Source of the DNA: Rhodospirillales bacterium
GTDB lineage: Bacteria; Pseudomonadota; Alphaproteobacteria; JAJFIK01
DNA: 64,000 nt
Reading direction: 5' to 3'
NCBI GenBank assembly: GCA_021775005.1
Contig: JAJFIK010000075.1
Span: forward strand, 11,086-75,085
Shown here: piece by piece, positions 59,577 to 64,000 of the stretch
Numbering within the stretch: position 1 is the stretch's first letter
Layout of the letters: each line of letters begins with the position of its first letter
The notes under the pieces: model-generated
What the model was told of the DNA's origin: nothing
Database searches by the model: none
The model's input: only the letters and a program-made list of their open reading frames with translations
Made by a program: the position numbers and the translations under genes

Positions 59577-60584
59577 ATGACCTTATTGCCCGAAACCAGG
59601 CAGCCACACGAAAGCGACGAGAAACATCTGCACTATTTTGCAGACTACGAGCCGTCCACGGGCGACTTCCTGACAGACACTTTGGCGGGCTTGGCGCGAT
59701 CGCCCAAATCAATCTCACCAAAATACTTCTACGATCAAAAAGGCTCGGCACTGTTTGATGAGATCTGTCGTACGCCGGAATATTATGTCACCCGCACGGA
59801 ACTGGCTTTGCTCGATAGCATCGGGCCAGAGATCGCCAGCCTTACGGGGCCGGACGCCGTTGTGGTGGAATGGGGGTCGGGTTCAAGTTGGAAAGTGCGC
59901 AAACTGCTTGATGCCTTGGATCGACCGGCGGAATACATTGCCATCGATATCAGCCGCGAGCATTTGTTGGCCGCTGCCGCCGACATTGCCAAAGATTATC
60001 GGGATGTAAAAATCGGCGCGGTTTGCGCTGACTTTCTAGAGCACATCACGCTGCCGGATAAGGCCATTTTCGGGAAGGGCCGCAAGCTCGGGTTCTTGCC
60101 GGGCTCAACCATTGGCAATTTTGCCCCCGACACGGCCGCACGCATCCTGCGCCGCATTGCCGAAGTTGTGGGGTCAGGGGGCGCACTTTTGATTGGCGCG
60201 GATCTGCAAAAAGACGAATCGCGGCTTCTTGCAGCCTATGACGACGCCGGTGGCGTGACGGCTGAGTTCAATCTCAATGTACTGGATCGCATGACAGTTG
60301 AGCTGGGGGCGAAGCTGGACCGCGACGCCTTTGCCCACGAGGTGCGCTATAACAAAGACGCCCATCGGATTGAAATGCACCTCCGGGCCAAATACGCCAC
60401 CACCATTGAAGTCAGCGGCAAATCCTTCGCCTTTGCTGAAGGCGAGACGATCCACAGCGAAAACAGTCACAAATTTACCCCGGACAGCTTTCAGGCCATC
60501 GCCGCCCAGGCCGGGTTTGAACGTCAAAAAGTGTGGACTGACGCCGATAATCTGTTTTCTTTGCATTATCTCGTGCTGCCATAG
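59577..60584 (+). CDS. EgtD-like SAM-dependent histidine N-alpha-methyltransferase family protein
   Basis: SPKYFYDQKGSALFDEICRTPEYYVTRTELALL...VEWGSGSS matches the EgtD/Methyltransf_33 N-terminal pattern. No egtB is adjacent. Confidence 0.6.
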   Translation: MTLLPETRQPHESDEKHLHYFADYEPSTGDFLTDTLAGLARSPKSISPKYFYDQKGSALFDEICRTPEYYVTRTELALLDSIGPEIASLTGPDAVVVEWGSGSSWKVRKLLDALDRPAEYIAIDISREHLLAAAADIAKDYRDVKIGAVCADFLEHITLPDKAIFGKGRKLGFLPGSTIGNFAPDTAARILRRIAEVVGSGGALLIGADLQKDESRLLAAYDDAGGVTAEFNLNVLDRMTVELGAKLDRDAFAHEVRYNKDAHRIEMHLRAKYATTIEVSGKSFAFAEGETIHSENSHKFTPDSFQAIAAQAGFERQKVWTDADNLFSLHYLVLP

Positions 60585-60742
60585 CCCGCGACGCTTTGCG
60601 GCAATGGCAGTATTGGGCATGGCCGCTAAGCCATGTTAGAATAACTAGGTCAGACCCTGTGCCGACATAGATATGCGGCCATGACCTCAAGGAGTTAAAG
60701 CTGGCACTACAGCCTAATCCCGACCAAGACGGCGACACGCCC

Positions 60743-61111
60743 TTGGCCGAAGCGGAAGTAAAAGGCCCCAGTGGGGACGAAATTCTTCCGATCATCCTCA
60801 ACTCCCTCGACGATGACCAAGCTCAAGATGTGGTGACAATCGACCTAAGCGGTAAAAGCGCCATGGCCGATGCGTTGGTCATTTGCACCGGGCGAAGTCA
60901 ACGGCATGTGGGCGCAATTGCCGATCACTTGCAACGCAAACTCAAAGAGGCGGGCGCGGGACGCGTACGCGTGGAAGGCCTGCCCCATTGCGATTGGGTG
61001 CTGCTGGATGCCGGCGACGTGGTGATACATGTGTTCCGTCCCGAAGTGCGCGACTTCTATAAGATTGAGCGCATGTGGTCTGTTGATGCGCCGACGGAAG
61101 AGCCTGTTTAG
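60743..61111 (+). CDS. rsfS: ribosomal silencing factor RsfS (Iojap)
   Basis: DVVTIDLSGKSAMADALVICTGRSQRHVGAIADHLQRKLKEAG. The start is TTG 60743. No upstream in-frame ATG, but CTG 60701 is a possible alternative. Confidence 0.75.
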   Translation: MAEAEVKGPSGDEILPIILNSLDDDQAQDVVTIDLSGKSAMADALVICTGRSQRHVGAIADHLQRKLKEAGAGRVRVEGLPHCDWVLLDAGDVVIHVFRPEVRDFYKIERMWSVDAPTEEPV

Positions 61112-61119
61112 CCCAAGCC

Positions 61120-61605
61120 ATGCAGCTCCTGATCTCAGCCGTTGGCCGCGCCAAGCCGTCGCCAGAAAAAGACCTCACTGAGATGTTTCTCACCCGCGCG
61201 CGCGGGGCGGGTGGGTCGCTGGGTTTTGGCGCCATCGACTTGCGCGAAGTGGAAGAGCGCAAACGATTGCCAAACGATCAGTTAAAAGCGCGCGAGGCAG
61301 AATTGCTGTTGGGCACCGTGCCCCCCGGCAGCGTGATTGTTGCCCTTGATGAACGCGGCCAGGACATGAGCAGCGACGCCTTTGCCCAGATGCTGGCACG
61401 CACGCGGGACAATGGCGCACCCTCTTTGTGCTTTCTCATTGGCGGGGCAAATGGCCATAGCGATACCCTCCGTGCCCAGGCCACCAAGATTCTTTCCTTT
61501 GGCAAAGCCACCTGGCCTCACATGATGGTGCGCGCCATGCTGGCTGAGCAAATCTACCGCGGGCTGAGTATTCTTTCTGGGCATCCCTACCATCGCGGTG
61601 ATTGA
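61120..61605 (+). CDS. rlmH: 23S rRNA (pseudouridine1915-N3)-methyltransferase RlmH
   Basis: SPOUT-type protein of about 160 aa in conserved position after rsfS. Motifs FLIGGANGH and IALDERGQ. Confidence 0.8.
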   Translation: MQLLISAVGRAKPSPEKDLTEMFLTRARGAGGSLGFGAIDLREVEERKRLPNDQLKAREAELLLGTVPPGSVIVALDERGQDMSSDAFAQMLARTRDNGAPSLCFLIGGANGHSDTLRAQATKILSFGKATWPHMMVRAMLAEQIYRGLSILSGHPYHRGD

Positions 61606-61684
61606 CCCCCGCCCGGACATACAACGCGTGGACGCGAGAGGCCCAACGGCCTATCTTCAAGCCCAGATATAGCCAGGAAGACAG

Positions 61685-63256
61685 ATGACATCACCCCTTG
61701 CCAAACGCCCTACGGTTCTTTGCATCCTTGATGGCTGGGGGCTGCGGGATGAAACCGAAAATAACGCTATCGCCCTCGCCACGACGCCCCATTGGGATGC
61801 CATGTGGGCGCACGCACCTCACGCGCGGATCAAAACGTCTGGCCTTAGTGTGGGGTTGCCCGACGGGCAAATGGGTAATTCCGAAGTGGGCCATATGAAC
61901 ATTGGCGCAGGCCGGGTGGTGATGCAGGACCTGCCTCGCATCGACGCCGCTATCGCAAATGGCAGTTTCGCCATAAACGAAAACCTCCAAGCTTTTATCG
62001 CCAAGGTCAAAGCTGTGAGCGGTGCGGTCCATATTATGGGGCTCCTGTCCCCCGGCGGTGTGCACTCCCATCAAGATCATATGGTCGCGGTCGCCAATGC
62101 CGCCGCTGCCGCCGGGCTTGAGGTCTGGATCCACGGCTTTCTTGATGGCCGCGATACGCCGCCCAAAAGTGCAGGAGGATTCTTGGAGAAACTGCAAGGC
62201 GACTTGATGGGCGCGCCGACGGTGCGCATAGCAACTATCTCCGGGCGATACTTTGCCATGGATCGGGACAGCAATTGGGACCGGATCGCGAAAGCCCACA
62301 CCGCAATAGTTGAAGCCGTTGGCGAAACCGCACCAAACGGCCCTGCCGCCATCGACAATGCCTATGCGCGCCATGAGACCGATGAGTTCGCAACGCCTAC
62401 GGTGATCCAGGGGTATGAAGGCATTGCGGACGGGGACGGCGTGCTGATGATCAACTTTCGCGCTGATCGGGCGCGCGAAATTTTGACCGCGGCCGCGGAC
62501 CCACACTTTGCAGAATTTGAGCGGCGGCTACCAAAGTTTTCCGCCCTTGCAGGCATGGTTGAATATTCATCCACGCTGAACTCCCACTTCCCGGCATTGT
62601 TTGCAACGGAACCTCTTTCCAACACTTTGGGCGAATGGGTGGCGGCAAACGGTCTGCATCAGTTGCGCATTGCCGAAACAGAGAAATACGCCCACGTCAC
62701 GTTTTTCCTGAACGGCGGACGCGAGGAAACTTTTGCCGGTGAGGATCGCAACTTGGTGCCAAGCCCCAAAGTCGCCACCTATGACCTGAAGCCGGAAATG
62801 TCCGCACTAGAGCTTACCGACGAATTGGTTAACGCCGTGAAAAGCGGCACCTATGATCTTATTGTGGTCAATTACGCCAATCCGGACATGGTGGGACACA
62901 CCGGCATTCTGCCCGCCGCCATCAAAGCAGCGGAGACAGTTGATACCTGCTTAGGGCGCCTTGCCGATGCAGTGACGCAGGCGGGCGGTGCCCTGATGAT
63001 TTCCGCCGACCACGGCAATTTGGAACTCATGCGCGACCCTGCCAGCAACGACCCCCACACAGCGCACACGACCCTGGAAGTGCCATTGGTGGTGTTGGGC
63101 GTTGCAGATGTAGCACTTAAGGATGGCAGCCTTTGTGATCTTGCTCCGACAGCGCTTGCGCTCATGGGGTTGCCGCAACCTGCTGAGATGACGGGCCGGT
63201 CGCTTCTGGCCGAAAGCGCGACCTCAAAAAACGAGCCCGATCGTGCTGCGCAATAG
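61685..63256 (+). CDS. gpmI: 2,3-bisphosphoglycerate-independent phosphoglycerate mutase
   Basis: iPGM motifs VLCILDGWG, NSEVGHMNIGAGR, DGRDTPP and VNYANPDMVGHTG. Confidence 0.9.
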   Translation: MTSPLAKRPTVLCILDGWGLRDETENNAIALATTPHWDAMWAHAPHARIKTSGLSVGLPDGQMGNSEVGHMNIGAGRVVMQDLPRIDAAIANGSFAINENLQAFIAKVKAVSGAVHIMGLLSPGGVHSHQDHMVAVANAAAAAGLEVWIHGFLDGRDTPPKSAGGFLEKLQGDLMGAPTVRIATISGRYFAMDRDSNWDRIAKAHTAIVEAVGETAPNGPAAIDNAYARHETDEFATPTVIQGYEGIADGDGVLMINFRADRAREILTAAADPHFAEFERRLPKFSALAGMVEYSSTLNSHFPALFATEPLSNTLGEWVAANGLHQLRIAETEKYAHVTFFLNGGREETFAGEDRNLVPSPKVATYDLKPEMSALELTDELVNAVKSGTYDLIVVNYANPDMVGHTGILPAAIKAAETVDTCLGRLADAVTQAGGALMISADHGNLELMRDPASNDPHTAHTTLEVPLVVLGVADVALKDGSLCDLAPTALALMGLPQPAEMTGRSLLAESATSKNEPDRAAQ

Positions 63257-64000
63257 AGCCGTCATTGCCCTTTCATTGGGCCTCTTTTCCGGGGCCGCGC
63301 TGGCGCAATCCGATGGCACAAGTTCAGAGCGCCTTGATGAGCTGGAGCAAGCCGTTGAGCATGGCGAGGCGCGGATCACCGAACAAGAAGCAGAGGTTAT
63401 GCACCTTCTGGCTGAGCAGGAGGCAATGCGGCGGCGCTCCATTGAAATTGTGGCTGAAGTCCAGGCCCAGGAAATCCGCTTACTGGAAATCGAAGATCGC
63501 ATTGCAGAGCTGCGTCTGGAGGAAGCCCCCATTGTTGCAGACTTGAATGCGCGCCGCGTCGCCCTTACTGATATTTTGGCTGCGCTTCAAAGTGTCGAGC
63601 GCAACAAGCCGCCTGCCCTTTTGGTGCGCCCCGACGATGCCGTGGGGGCTGCGCGCACCGCCATGTTGCTTGGAGCCGTGGTGCCGGAATTGGAAACCCA
63701 GGTCACGGGCCTGCGTCGCCAGTTGGACGCTTTGACCACCCTTCGCGATCAAATTGAAACCGAGCAGGCCTTGCTGTTCAGCACCGGCGAACAATTGGCC
63801 ATAGAACAATTTGAGCTTGATCAACTGCTCCCTGAACGCGCGGCCCTTGCCACAGCCATCGCCGCTGCTGTTGAATCCGAGCGCGCCCAGGTCGCTGAAT
63901 TTGCCGCCGCCGCCGATGATATGCGCGAGCTGATCGGACGCCTTAGCCGCCGCTTTCGTGAGGCCCGCCCCACTTTGCGACCTGATCCAGATGCGCCCCC
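63243..64000 (+). CDS. EnvC-like murein hydrolase activator / M23 peptidase, N-terminal coiled-coil part (partial, runs off the window)
   Basis: GTG start overlaps the gpmI end. Signal peptide LRNRAVIALSLGLFSGAALAQS is followed by a long heptad-rich coiled coil. This is not in the supplied ORF table because no stop precedes the window end. Confidence 0.5.
   Translation, partial: MLRNRAVIALSLGLFSGAALAQSDGTSSERLDELEQAVEHGEARITEQEAEVMHLLAEQEAMRRRSIEIVAEVQAQEIRLLEIEDRIAELRLEEAPIVADLNARRVALTDILAALQSVERNKPPALLVRPDDAVGAARTAMLLGAVVPELETQVTGLRRQLDALTTLRDQIETEQALLFSTGEQLAIEQFELDQLLPERAALATAIAAAVESERAQVAEFAAAADDMRELIGRLSRRFREARPTLRPDPDAP

Noticed and set aside
1-64000. CRISPR arrays, rRNA genes, intact prophage or integrase
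   Set aside because: No regularly spaced direct repeats, rRNA-like conserved stretches or integrase/recombinase ORFs were seen. Mobile DNA is represented only by the IS6 remnant and the tRNA-Ser scar.

Overview
This is a 64 kb chromosomal segment with high GC (about 58-60%). Gene content and order point to an alphaproteobacterium, possibly Rhodobacterales-like: a long-form pstSCAB-phoU-phoB operon with phoR upstream, rplU-rpmA-GNAT-obg-nadD-rsfS-rlmH-gpmI synteny, and an RpoE/ChrR sigma/anti-sigma pair. The main blocks, left to right, are as follows. (1) A ChrB-like gene and an ornithine cyclodeaminase-like gene diverge around an 18-bp perfect palindrome, followed by an M17 aminopeptidase. 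(2) A sulfatase cluster carries two sulfatases, formylglycine-generating enzyme, a TetR regulator and a GST-like gene. (3) A CBM9-like hypothetical is translationally coupled to a DUF1343 gene. (4) Two SRPBCC paralogs sit next to a LuxR-type regulator with tandem degenerate HD-GYP domains. (5) A single 875-aa ORF fuses all three parts of the AmmeMemoRadiSam system (radical SAM, MEMO1-like, AMMECR1-like), followed by YaiI, NnrS and a fatty-acid hydroxylase. (6) A four-gene phosphorelay operon runs hybrid HK, REC, hybrid HK, REC-EAL. (7) The complete Pho regulon carries repeated Pho-box 21-mers. A porin sits upstream of it, with a Pho-box-like direct repeat in its 5' region. (8) An IS6-family transposase remnant and a 31-bp direct repeat flank aidB. 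(9) A low-GC island encodes a CHASE histidine kinase, a REC and a REC-GGDEF-EAL protein. (10) The rpoE-chrR locus has three TGATCC-N16-CGTA promoter candidates: one autoregulatory, one driving the divergent FAD-oxidase/DUF1365 operon, and one upstream of blc-mipA. (11) tRNA-Ser(CGA) has its 3' end duplicated 18 bp downstream, next to an orphan RHS C-terminal fragment. (12) Two tandem genes encode secreted retropepsin-like aspartic proteases. (13) A housekeeping block ends in a partial EnvC-like M23 peptidase. No rRNA or CRISPR array was seen. All calls come from motif recognition by eye; no searches or computations were run.
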